DNA from: Reclinomonas americana ATCC 50394
Taxonomy: Eukaryota
Reading direction: 5' to 3'
Assembly: GCA_048213135.1 (NCBI GenBank)
Contig: PS015085.1
Location: forward strand, 89,456 to 125,774
Length of the DNA stretch: 36,319 bases
The position numbers and the translations under genes are program-made. The notes beneath the pieces are model-generated. The model ran no database searches and was not told the DNA's origin. It was given only the letters and a program-made list of their open reading frames with translations. Shown here in pieces: positions 25,499-36,319 of this stretch. How positions within the stretch are numbered: position 1 is the first letter of the stretch; the number at the start of each line of letters is the position of its first letter.

Positions 25499-25720
25499 TT
25501 AGGGGAGAGACTGGAAGGTCTTTGTGTTCGTGCTTCCTCGCCGTGATCCGGCCTCGGTGGCCACCGAGTGAACCACGTCGTCCGTATCCAGGTTCGCGTG
25601 CGCGCCCGATCCATCCGCACCCAGCGTGTGCTCAAAGAGAACGCCACGCGGATCGTGCTTCGCGGCCGTGTATTCGCTGCTAATGACACCGATACGCGAG
25701 GCCATCAGCTTTGGTACGTG
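25499..25720 (-). CDS. Terminal exon HVPKLMASRIG...GSRRGSTNTKTFQSLP*; most likely the last exon of the CRT-like gene, inverted as assembled
   Basis: Acceptor ccattgcag in phase 0, matching the phase-0 donor at 24439; shares the RRGST motif with the preceding exon; TAA stop. Confidence 0.7.
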   Translation of the reverse strand, partial: HVPKLMASRIGVISSEYTAAKHDPRGVLFEHTLGADGSGAHANLDTDDVVHSVATEAGSRRGSTNTKTFQSLP

Positions 25721-26158
25721 CTGCAATGGAGACCAGAGTGATGAGGATGGTCGACACAAGCGAGGGGTGGAAANNNNNNNNNNNNNNNNNNNNNNNNNNN
25801 NNNNNNNNNNNNNNNNNNNNNNNNNNNNNNNNNNNNNNNNNNNNNNNNNNNNNNNNNNNNNNNNNNNNNNNNNNNNNNNNNNNNNNNNNNNNNNNNNNNN
25901 NNNNNNNNNNNNNNNNNNNNNNNNNNNNNNNNNNNNNNNNNNNNNNNNNNNNNNNNNNNNNNNNNNNNNNNNNNNNNNNNNNNNNNNNNNNNNNNNNNNN
26001 NNNNNNNNNNNNNNNNNNNNNNNNNNNNNNNNNNNNNNNNNNNNNNNNNNNNNNNNNNNNNNNNNNNNNNNNNNNNNNNNNNNNNNNNNNNNNNNNNNNN
26101 NNNNNNNNNNNNNNNNNNNNNNNNNNNNNNNNNNNNNNNNNNNNNNNNNNNNNNNNNN

Positions 26159-28484
26159 ATTCTGGGTGGTGGCGAGTAGACTCCCCGCTGGCCAGGTCCG
26201 TCATCACCAGCTGTGCATCGTCGTCGGTGGTGATTCGTGGATCCTCGGCATCGTGCACCAGCCGAGGCCAGTACAGGTATTGTGACTCGAAGGGCGCCTT
26301 TTTCATGTTGCACAGAATGTGCGACTGCAGGGGCGAGCAGCGCACACTGCCGGCCTCCACGGCTGCAAAGAGCGGGATGCGAACCGTGGCGGTGCCATCA
26401 ATTCCGACGTCGCCACCACCGCCAGCAACCACCAACACCAGCGTGCCTTCGTCGCCCACGCGCGGCTTCACTGTGTCCACGCCGGCGAGGCGCACGACGA
26501 TGCGCAGGTCGGTGGACGACTGCGCCCACGCAATGGGCGGGTGCACCCTGCAAAAGTGGAGTGAGAAGGAGGAGTGGCCAGCCAGCACGTGTTCACAAGC
26601 ATGTATCGCAACAGAGGCGGCATATCGAGGTCGGCCGGCAGTCGCTCGTGCACACACACTTGCGGGGCGGTGCGAATGGCCAGTGCACGCGGGCTGAAGC
26701 CAACAAAGCCATCGACACACTCCAGCGGTCGGAAGCCGTGAACATATTCGTGCTCACTCAGCAGATGGGTGAACGGACGCAAATCCACATCGCCCTCTGC
26801 CTTGGAGTACCTATCGAGGGAAGTGAGAATGACTATCCGACTCTGGGGAGCAAGGTGCGGGCACTCACTCGATCGCATCGCGCTCCTGGAAGCGACTGAC
26901 GCCCGTCATCGCACTCTTGACGTCACTGTGCAGCCGCTGATCGCCGTCGGCGTACTCTGTGCATGCCAGTCAACAAACAGCACGCGAGGGGGTTGGGAAA
27001 GCAAAGGCACGCAACTTTGGTGGAATCTCTCCATGGCTTCGCCACCCGGATAGTTCAGGGTGCTTGCTGCCAGGAACACAAACACCACGAGGGTGGCTGA
27101 CGCAAGCACCAGTGCTCCGACGCCGATCCACCCCATCCATTGCGTCTTGCGGCTGCGGGAGAGTGCCCACGACAAGCTACAAGGCGGGGGATCAGCACAA
27201 CCAACGCATGCAAGACGAAAACCACAACACGCAACAGCACGTGCAGGGTGCACGCCGCGGCCACATTCAACAGCGGCACGACGTAGATGACAAAGCGCAG
27301 CTCCTTGTGCGGCAACACCGAGTATGCCGTGACAAAGAGCAGCGCGACTGCGATGCAACGCAACGCCAACAGTCGTTCCGCACTGTGCTGTCGCACCAGC
27401 AATGGCGAGGCGAGGGCGAGCGGAAACGCCACGAGAAGGGCACGTGGGAGCGCCGACGAAAAGTACCAGTGGACGGGCATGACCTGCACGCGCGTCTCTT
27501 CTCTCAGTCACCTCAAAGAGACACTAGTAACTTCACTGATCCATACACAACAATGTGCATCGACCAGTGATCGCCAACAATTCTTTTGTGCTTTCCTTCT
27601 ACTTGAAGCGTGTTATCGATGGGTTCTATCCCTCTTGTCCCTTTCATGCACGCAACTCCCCACTCGCTGCTCCGATTCTCCACCGCGTTGAACCAGAACA
27701 CCTCGCCTTCGGGCCACAGCCAGCGCCGCCAGAACACCGAATCAATGACGACAGTGAATGCTGCAAACCAACTCGCACAAGTCAACAATCGCTGCTCTCC
27801 ATGCAAGGAAACAAACAGTCGAGTCGACGCACCGAGCGCTGCGACTGCCGTCAGCACGCCGACACGAATCAACCGGAGCCACGGAAACGCGCGCATGCCA
27901 CTCCGCACCAACGACGTCAGCAGCACCACACACAGCAGTGGCGCCAACTCGGCCCGGAAAATCACACCGCCCACCGTCAACACGGCCGCGCACGGCACCA
28001 GCGCCTCGCGCATCCACAGCCCCAGAGCCACCAGCACCACGATGAGAGCAAAGGTGTTGGGCAGCGGGCGCGAGGCGTAGAACAAGAAGTGGAATTGCAC
28101 GGCGGAGAGCGCTGTGGCCAGGAGCGCCACTGGTCGACTCTGACGCGCCACGCCCGTGAAGAAGAAGGCGAGGGAGGCGCACACGAGTGCGCCGAGTGCC
28201 ACGCGGGCTGTGAATGAGGGATGAGAGAGGAGAGGGGAGAGGGGGAGGGGGGGAGGAGATGGCACTCGCCGGCAACGAGGAGTGGAATGTGCAAGATGCC
28301 GAGCCATCGCAGGGGGGCAGTGGTGGCGGCCAGCAGCCAGGCGCCGAGACTGGTGCGGGGGACCACTCCGGGGAAGTGGAGGTGGTCGAACTGGGGGAGG
28401 GGGCCAGGGGGGAGAAGAGTGAGGCGAAACGGGAAGGGTGAGGGGTGAGAGAAAGAAAGAGGCAGCACTAGGGAAGAGAGAGAG

Positions 28485-28532
<48 letters not shown>

Positions 28533-29065
28533 AAGAAAGAAGAGAGAGAGAGAAGGAGAGGAGAGCATAGAAAAGGAGGAAAAGAAGATCGAGTACAACA
28601 GGAAGGAGACAAAGAGGAGCAAGAAGAAGAAGAAGAAGAAGAAGAAGAAGAGGAGGAGGAGGAGGTGGTGGTGGAGAACAAGAAGAAGAAGAAGAACAAG
28701 AACAAGAAGAAGAAGTAGAAGGAGAAGGAAGAAGCTGCGAAAGAAGGCAAGGAGAGAGAGAAGGAGGAGGAGGAGGAGACAACTCGTGACAAGTTGCAAT
28801 CACTTGCAAGGAATCATCACTGCACTCTCTCTCTCTCTCTTCCTCTCTACCTTCCTCTCTCATCTCTCTCTCTCTCCCTCCCTCCCTCGCCTCTCACCTT
28901 TTGCCAGCCTTCATCACCAGCAAACCACGACGCCACGAGCCCATTCGCGCCAAAATCATGCACAGCTTGCACGTTGAAGCTCTCTTCGACCTTGGTGAAC
29001 GGGCAGAGCACCACAAACAGAGCACATATGAGGCCGAGGAGCGCAAGGCTGGCGCGGAAGAACAT
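26159..29065 (-). CDS. ALG12: ALG12 Dol-P-Man alpha-1,6-mannosyltransferase (GT22), continuing in frame into a p23-like CS domain
   Basis: Exons 29065-28898, 28390-28270, 28207-27833, 27760-27657, 27483-27236, 27176-27016, 26956-26869, 26810-26613, 26547-26159. ALG12 motifs CPFTKVEESFNVQAVHD, FDHLHFPGVVPRT, QFHFLFYASRPLPNTFAL, IFRAEL, IDSVFWRRWLWPEGEVFWFN, WYFSSALPR, LPHKELRF, NYPGGEA, AMTGVSRF, YSKAE, FTHLLSE. CS motifs HPPIAWAQ and MKK...YWPRL. Confidence 0.92.
28440..28780. repeat. Compound (GA)n/(GAA)n/(GGA)n microsatellite in ALG12 intron 1
   Basis: Directly visible. Confidence 0.92.
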
Positions 29066-30727
29066 GTTGATTGCAGAAACAGGACAAAACCGGACAGGCT
29101 TCTTTTTTGTGCGCTCTCCTCTTGTGTGAGAGACCACCTGCTGCTGACGGGCTCGTAGGATGACGTGCTCGTTGGCCGATAGCTGCTGGTGATTGGCTTG
29201 GTCGATGATGGCGGAGATATCGAAGAACGTCGACTGGCATGCGCATGCGCATGCAGCGGTCGAAGATCTTCAGCCTCCGGATTCATGACCATGTCTTTCC
29301 GGCCGTCGACAAGATGGTCCTCCAACAACAACTTCAGTCTCTGCAGCACAATGCTCTTGGTCCCGCCATTTTCGTACGTTTCCGTCCTGCCCACTGTTTG
29401 CTTGAATGTCAGCGCAACAGGGACGCGTCTGTTTTATTTATTCGCTGGCGAGTATCGTTGCCTTCTTCGACGAGGGCAAGATCCCCACATCAAACTTTCT
29501 TGGCGCCGTTCTTCATGTGTGTGCACTTGTGTGTTTTCTTGTGTAAAGTCCGGATCCGTTGTTGACACGCCGTACACACAGGAGGCGTGCTTGCGTGAGC
29601 GCAGGCTCCTTGTGAATCACTTGTACCGCATGTACTTGCGGCAGGCTGTCAAGGGTTTGTGGCTCGTTCGTCGTCCTCTGCGTACGCGCGCGCGCAGCGT
29701 GTGTGAGTCCTCAATCTGTGCACATGCCCCACAGTTGCCGGTGTCGTCAACCTGCTGCACGAGGCGCAACACGATGAACAACGTCGTCACTGTCCACCAC
29801 ACGTCTGTGAAGAGAGCGACGAAGAGGAGATGTGCGGTGACGCGCATGGCGAGAATTCGAAGTTGTCATGATCATTGAGTGATGATGAATTGGAGGTGGT
29901 GCGGCGACACGAGATCCGCAAGCAACTGAGGTCAGAGGCGCGGCCTAGGTTTCGCCGCGTACGGAGGGTGAGGCGTTCCAGTGCCTCGCCGGATCCGGAT
30001 CCGTGAATACGCTGCGAATTAGAACAATCGAAGCAGCGGAGTCGTGCTCATTGGTGGAGAGGTTGAGTACAGGAGAGCAGGTCATGTTGTTATTGGGGAG
30101 GCTCATGTTGTCAGTGGCTTGGGGGTGCAGTATACGCTGAGTGCACCTGAATTCGAATTCGAATTCGAAGTCAACGTTGTCGGTTCGAATGCGAAACAAT
30201 CGAAGCACCGCACGTGCCACCGGACGGTTTTGGCTTCATGCAAAGCCGGCGCCGAGACAAACTCCGGAGCGCTGCACCTCAGATTGGAAGACGAGCACCA
30301 GAAGTGGCGAATACTTGCATTTGTACAAAGTATATCGAAATGGTGTCTGCTCATCACAGTTTTCGGAGGAAGATGAAGTGTCGCCCATCCACTGTGCTCG
30401 AGGGCCATGCACGTGGATTCCACACAAGCTTCCCGCAGACTTGCGGTTGTATTCATGCACCCGATTTGGAAGAAACACATGATCATGAGCAATTGCACAA
30501 AGTGAGAAACAAACTTGCAGGTCCCGGCCACAAGAGCCAGTCGCGCATACACTACAGCAAGTACACAGCCCAACTCCGTAGAACCGAAGCTCGCAGTTAT
30601 CATGGTGGCAGACAAAAAGCCGAACTCCGATTTCAATCGATTGAAATCACATTCATTCACGGCCATTCATTCTCCAAAACGAAAGGAAGAAAAGCAGAGG
30701 CTGTCCACTGACGAGAGAGCACACACC

Positions 30728-30963
30728 ATGTCGGCCATGGAAACAGACGAGCACGCCGAACGTTGCGCAAACACACACACACACAGAAGACATGTCACAC
30801 ACTCTCTTACACGTACACACTCACACGCATGTGCATGAAAGGCACACTGTGTGTCACTGTGTACATGCGCTCGTGCCCCAGCAGCTGCACGTGTATGTGA
30901 GAGAGAGAGGGAAGAAAGATGCACATCTGTGAGACAAGTGTAATCTCTCTCTGCGTGTGTATG

Positions 30964-31007
<44 letters not shown>

Positions 31008-31129
31008 AAGAGAGGAAGACTGATGCACATCTGTGAGACAAGTGCATCACCTCTCTCTCTCTTTCTCCTCTTTCTCTCTCTCTCTCTCTCNNNNNNNNNN
31101 NNNNNNNNNNTCACCTCTCTCTCTCTTCT

Positions 31130-31179
<50 letters not shown>

Positions 31180-33946
31180 CTTATATGCACACACTCGCAT
31201 GTGCTTCAGTGGCATCAGAAGAGAGACAGTGTGTGTGTGAGAGAGAGAACAAGAGGAAGAATGATGCACATCTGTGTTAAGTGCAACAAGATCTCTCTCT
31301 CTCTCTCTGTCACACTCAGAAACGCACACACGCATGTGCCTCTGTGGCATCAAGAGACACAATGTGTGTGTCAGAGAGTGTGTGTGAATATAGGAGCAGT
31401 CGCCAACGCCGCCTTCCAAATTCGTCATTCTCTCACACGCACTCTCTCTCTCTCTCTGTCAGTGCTGGGCAAGGTTGATCGCGCCTTGAGTGGCATGGAG
31501 AGCAAGCGATCGAGCTTTGCGCATCGGAGATCAATGGCGGAGTCATTGGAGAGCATCTCAAAGGGTGCGTGAGTGAGTGTGTCACTCTTCTGTTGTTTGC
31601 TGCTGCATGGCCCTCTTTCTCAAACAGTCAGCTCCTGATCGTCGTTCTCCTCATGTGCATTTCCTACTTGTCCACCTCACTGTGCTTCCTCATTTCATTG
31701 TCAGCTTCTATACGTCATCCTCTGTGGCTTCGCAGTGCTCTCTCTCTCTCTCTCTCNNNNNNNNNNNNNNNNNNNNTTGTGCTCCTCATTGTGCTTTGTC
31801 AGCATCCTTTACTCGTCTTTGTTCTCTCTCTCACTCAGATTGTGCCCTTCGATCTGCCTTGTGCATCTTCATCTTGTCCATCTCACACCGCATCCTCTGA
31901 CGTTTGATTCGCTCAACTTGCCCTTTGATCTCTTTATCCTGTTTGCCATGTGCATTCTCTACGTGTCCACCTCACTGTGCTTCCTCATTTCATTGTCAGC
32001 TTCCATACGTCATCCTCTGTGGCTTCTCTCTTGTGCGCCTTATTGTGCTTTCGTCAGCCTCCTTTCCTCATCTTCTGAGAATTGTGTGGTCACTCTCTCA
32101 CTCAGATTGTACCCTTCGGTCTCCTTTTCTTGTCTGCCGTGTGCATCTTCGCATCATCTGACGTTTGATTCACTCAACTTGCGCTTTGATCTCCTTTTCT
32201 TGTCTGCCCTTGCATCACTTTGTTGTCCACCCGCATTTCTCGTCCTCTACCACTTGCTTGGTCACATTTTCTCATTGCGATCTTGCTCTCCTCACCTTGT
32301 TTGTCTCGTGCATCTCATTGTTGTCCACCCGCGATTTCGTCGTCTCAGGCTTATTTCACTCAACCTGTGCCGACTTGTCTCCTTCGCTTATTTGTCATTT
32401 ATATCTCCACCCACACTTCTCATCGTCTGTGGCTTGCGTGGCCACTCTCATGCAACTTGCGCCCTTCGGTCTCTTTGCATTCTTTCTTGTCTGTTCTTTT
32501 GCCTCCAGTCATTATCAGTTTCCTTTTCTCACCTCTGCCGTTTGTTGCGCTCAACTTGCCCTTTGATCTCCTTTCTTGTTTGTCGTGCATCTCCATCTTC
32601 TCCACTTCTCAGAGCTTGTCCTCTTTTTCATCCTGTCTGCCATGCGTCCTTCTTTGGCTTGTTGATCACTAGCGTTGCTTGTCTTGAACGCCTCTGCTTG
32701 TTTGCGTCCCATCACTATCACCTTTCGTTAGTCAACCTCCTCCACTCACCGCCTCTCTCCTTCCCCCTCTTTCCCCCCTTCCCCCCTTTCCCTCACCCTT
32801 CCCCTTTGCCCCCTTCCCCTTTGCCCCTTCCCCCTTTCCCNNNNNNNNNNNNNNNNNNNNNNNNNNNNNNNNNNNNNNNNNNNNNNNNNNNNNNNNNNNN
32901 NNNNNNNNNNNNNNNNNNNNNNNNNNNNNNNNNNNNNNNNNNNNNNNNNNNNNNNNNNNNNTAATGGACATGCTGTGCTCGTTGTCGCGCTCCATTACCA
33001 ACTGCCTCACGTCGGCGCACGCCAGTGAGCTGGAGCTGCCGGAGCACGCGTTGCGGTCGTGCGCGCTGGATCTGGCCACGGCGCTGGCCATGGCGGTGGA
33101 CGAGAAGGCCATGCCCGAGTTCATGGAGTTGATCATGAAGTGCTTGCGCCTGTGCTTCGAGTCGGCGCCCGAGTCGCAAGTGGATTTCCGCGGGGCCGGT
33201 GGCCTGACGCCGCTGGTGCAGCTGCTGAACCACGATTTGCACACGGTGCAAGAAAAGGCGGTTTCGTGCGTGGTCAGCGCGTGCCGCGGCAACCCCGACA
33301 ACATTGACGTGGTGCTGGCCGCCAGTGGCATTGATTTCCTCATGGTGCTGGCCGACGTGTACCTCGAGACCGCCGAGTCCGAGGAGGGCGGCGAACGTGA
33401 GTCTCACTCTTGTGTTGGGAAGGATGATGATGATGAGCGCTCACCCTTCTCCACACACACGCAGCCATGGACTTCCCCTCCGAACTGAACATGTCGGCGA
33501 GTCGCGCGCTCATGTTCTTTGCGCAGAACCAGCCGGCGGTGCAGGAAATGGTGGAGGAGGCGGGATCGGCCAACGCGCTGGTGACGCTGCTGCTGCCCGA
33601 GTGCACGCCGTATGAGCACGTGTGGGCCGCCGAGACGCTGGCCGCCATGCTCGAACGACCGGGCGTGTCGCCCGACGTGGTGGAACGCGTGTTTGTGTCG
33701 GAAGCGGTCTCGCTCCTCTCGCAGTGCCTCGTGCATCGCAACAATCGCGTGGCCACGAGCGCCGCCAACGCGCTGTTCGTTATGACGCAGGATATTACGT
33801 ATGGCACGCAGTGGGCGGCGCTGATGGCCGGCACCGAGGGCATGGGCGGCCTCATGCGTCGCGTGGCGGTCGGACAACTGGATGGGCCACCCATTCAGCG
33901 CACGCGAGCGCAGCAATTGGTGGAGTTGATTAGAAGCATGTGTTGA
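30728..33946 (+). CDS. Armadillo/HEAT-repeat protein of unknown function; part of one exon is lost in the gap 32841-32961
   Basis: Exons 30728-30761, 31463-31564, (gap)32962-33396, 33465-33946 (TGA). ARM-like segments FRGAGGLTPLVQLLNHDLHTVQEKAVSCVVSACRGNPDNIDVVLAASGIDFL and MVEEAGSANALVTLL; strong GC3 bias. Confidence 0.8.
31600..32600. repeat. Degenerate intronic duplications
   Basis: gtccacctcactgtgcttcctcatttcattgtcagcttc.atacgtcatcctctgtggctt at ~31670 and ~31965; ctgacgtttgattc.ctcaacttgc at ~31897 and ~32158. Confidence 0.8.
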
Positions 33947-34456
33947 GCGGTGATTGTACAGTTACATCTTGTGGAGCTGGCGTTCCTGGTGGGAGTTTGT
34001 GATTGCAGGAGGAACGCCAGACTGCACCATCTCTGATTCACACTCGAGATGGTTATGTGTTTCAAGCGGACTCATCGACGCATTTACTTTTTCTTCACTT
34101 GGACGCAGTTTCTTCAATGAGCGTCTTCTTTGCTGACGAATTCTTCTCCCTGGTGGCTGTGCATTCTGAATCGGACCACGTGAGAAGAGAGCATATTGGC
34201 GATCAGTCGTAGGTGCTCTGTTAGCGTGTGCTCTTCTTCTCTTCTCTTTTCTCAAGAGAGATGATCATCAAAGAGAGAGAGTGAGAAAGAGAGAGAGTGT
34301 GCTTTGGCCGTTTCTGTTTATTTGCGCATATATCACGCCAGTGGAGATGTCTGCACGATCAGAGACTACACGTTCGTTCACACTATTGACATTCATTTTT
34401 CCATTGATTCTCCTCCCCCACCCACAAACAAACAGACAGACAAGCGAATCGGTGGC

Positions 34457-34997
34457 TCACTTGTACCGCCGACGAGAGGCGGCCGACGGCACGCCCAGAT
34501 TCTTGGTCATCTCCTGCGCAGTGGAGAGTGCTGGTTTGTGGACCACGGCACTCGGCGGCAGACGCGTGTCGGGATCACCCAAAATGTCCGCGACGGAATT
34601 CAGCTGTGCAGCCAGTCTCGGCAGCTCGTCGGCCGCCTGCCGCAACTCCTGCAAGGCTGCGCTCTCTCGCTTGAGTGCTGCCGGCAGTGCACGCACGGCA
34701 CCATGCGTATCGAGTGAGCGTGCTTGGTTTGGAGCCTGTGAAGGGGGAGGGTTGAGATATCACACAAGAAGTCAAAGGCAAAATCACACCAGAAACACAC
34801 CTGCACAAAGTGCTCGTCAATGGCGGCCAACTCGGAGCGGAACTGATCGGCCTCGCTCTTGACGTGAGCACGCGCTGATTCCACGGCACGTGCAAACAGA
34901 TCGCCCTGGCGATACTCGCGTACTCGTTGCGCCAGCTCACGCACCACTCCCGACAGCACTTCCCACTCGCCAGACAAGCGTTCCAGATCGCGGGCGA
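34457..34997 (-). CDS. 3' exons (34997-34801, 34735-34457) of an unknown helical/coiled-coil protein; 5' exons not found in the window
   Basis: Pyrimidine tract plus CAG acceptors and a gtgtgt donor. In-frame join gives ...RDLERLSGEWEVLSGVVRELAQRVREYRQ...EHFVQ/APNQARSLDTHGAVRALPAALKRESAALQELRQAADELPRLAAQLNSVADIL...RRRYK*. Confidence 0.7.
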
Positions 34998-35539
34998 CTG
35001 GAGGAGGGGAGTTAGGAGAGGGAAATGAGGGGGAAAGAAGAATGCGGATTGCGCGGAGTACCTTCTGCGGTTTTTGAGGTGGACTTTCGCCTGCCCTTGC
35101 CGACGCTGGCCTCTGGAGAATGGAAAGGGGGAATGACAGCGAGATTGTGAGGGACGCGGAGAAGGAAAGGGATGAGTGGGAGAGGAGAGACTTCCACTCT
35201 CCTTCTGGACTCTATCTCACGCCCTCTCAATCAAGAGTCGGGCGAGATCAACAACAAGCCTCCATTGTTCCTTTCACACTCCTCTGTTTTTCTCTTTCTC
35301 TCTGGTCGACTGCCGTGTGCTGTCTGCTCTCACACCCCTCCAGAAACTCTTTCTCACTCTTGTCTTCCCCTTCTCTCTTTGCTATGTGCTCGAGAGGGAG
35401 AGGCGAATTAGCAACAAAGGGAAAGAGAGAAATGAAAGAAGAGACACTGAGGGAAGAGAAGGAAGGGGCAAGTGAAAAGGAGGGAGAGCAAGACGCAGGA
35501 AAGGAGAGGAAGACAGAGAGGAAAGAGAGAGAGGGAAGA

Positions 35540-35659
35540 GTGAAGGGAGAGAAGAGAGACATGACTCACTCCACCAGGACTCGTATCTTCTCTTCCTGCT
35601 TCTCTCTTCTCCCTTGCTCTCTCTCTCTCTCTCTATTATNNNNNNNNNNNNNNNNNNNN

Positions 35660-35744
<85 letters not shown>

Positions 35745-36200
35745 GTGAAGGGAGAGAAGAGAGACATGACTCACTCCACCAGGACTCGTATCTTCTCTTC
35801 CTGCTTCTCTCTTCTCCCTTGCTCTCTCTCTCTCTCTCTATTATCCTTGCTGTCTCCATCCGTTGCCCTCTCGGCTCTCTCACTCTCCAAACACTCGCCG
35901 ATCTCTCACTCTCGTAGATTGAACACTCTTTCAGAGCAAGGCAACGTGCCAAACACGTCTCGCTGCCTCTATCTCACCTCCAAGCTCATCTCGCCCCCTC
36001 CAGTCTCTCATAATCTCCTGCTGCGTCTCTCTCTCTCTCTCTCCCTTCCTCCCTCTCTCCCAACACTCAGTAGATTGAGCACTCTTTCAGAGTAAGGCAA
36101 CGCCTGCAACATGCCAAACACGTCTCGCTGCCTCTCTCTCTCTCACCTCCAAGCTCATCTCACCCTCACAGTCTCTCATAGCCTCCTGCTGCCTCTCTCT
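35540..36200. repeat. Two sets of direct repeats in an intron
   Basis: 35540-35639 is near-identical to 35746-35843 on either side of a gap (may be an assembly duplication). 35914-36030 resembles 36070-36195 (gtagattga.cactctttcagag...ccaaacacgtctcgctgcctct). Confidence 0.85.
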
Positions 36201-36319
36201 TTCCCTGCGTGCTGTTCATTGCTCTCTCTCTCGATTGCTCTCTCTCTCTCGCATAGTCTCTCCGCTCCTCTCTTGTTGTCCATCCTTTCTCTCTTCTCTC
36301 TTCTCTTCTCTCTCTCTCT

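Noticed and set aside
28438-28977. Arg/Lys/Glu-rich ORF on the + strand
   Set aside because: Antisense translation of intronic microsatellites in ALG12.
34457-34997. Naming the helical protein (e.g. an augmin or kinetochore subunit)
   Set aside because: No diagnostic motif recognised.

Overview
Intron-rich nuclear DNA from a GC-rich-exon unicellular eukaryote (species not identifiable from sequence alone), with microsatellite-laden introns and many N gaps. Most entries in the supplied ORF track are artefacts; genes were rebuilt by hand-splicing exons. The window contains: a 5'-truncated CHD1L/ALC1 remodeller (SNF2 + macro + BRCT-like; +, 123-9528); mitochondrial NADP-isocitrate dehydrogenase (-, 10566-14291); an acetoacetate-decarboxylase/DUF2071-like gene (-); a probable pseudogene (+, ~18.1-19.2 kb); a CRT-like transporter (+, 19506 onward); ALG12 (-, from 29065); an ARM-repeat gene (+, 30728-33946); and the 3' end of an unknown helical protein gene (-). 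Three observations stand out. (1) About 15 of the 54 introns I reconstructed start with a one-base-longer donor, GTTGCG(T)/GTTGAGT, and these almost never have the exonic -1 G seen at the ordinary donors, which fits shifted-register 5' splice-site recognition used as a major intron class. (2) ALG12 runs without a stop into a p23-like CS domain, a transmembrane helix and a KxKxx ER-retrieval tail. (3) Two gap-bounded segments (24421-24738 and 25222-25773) must each be flipped for the CRT-like and ALG12-CS genes to splice in phase.
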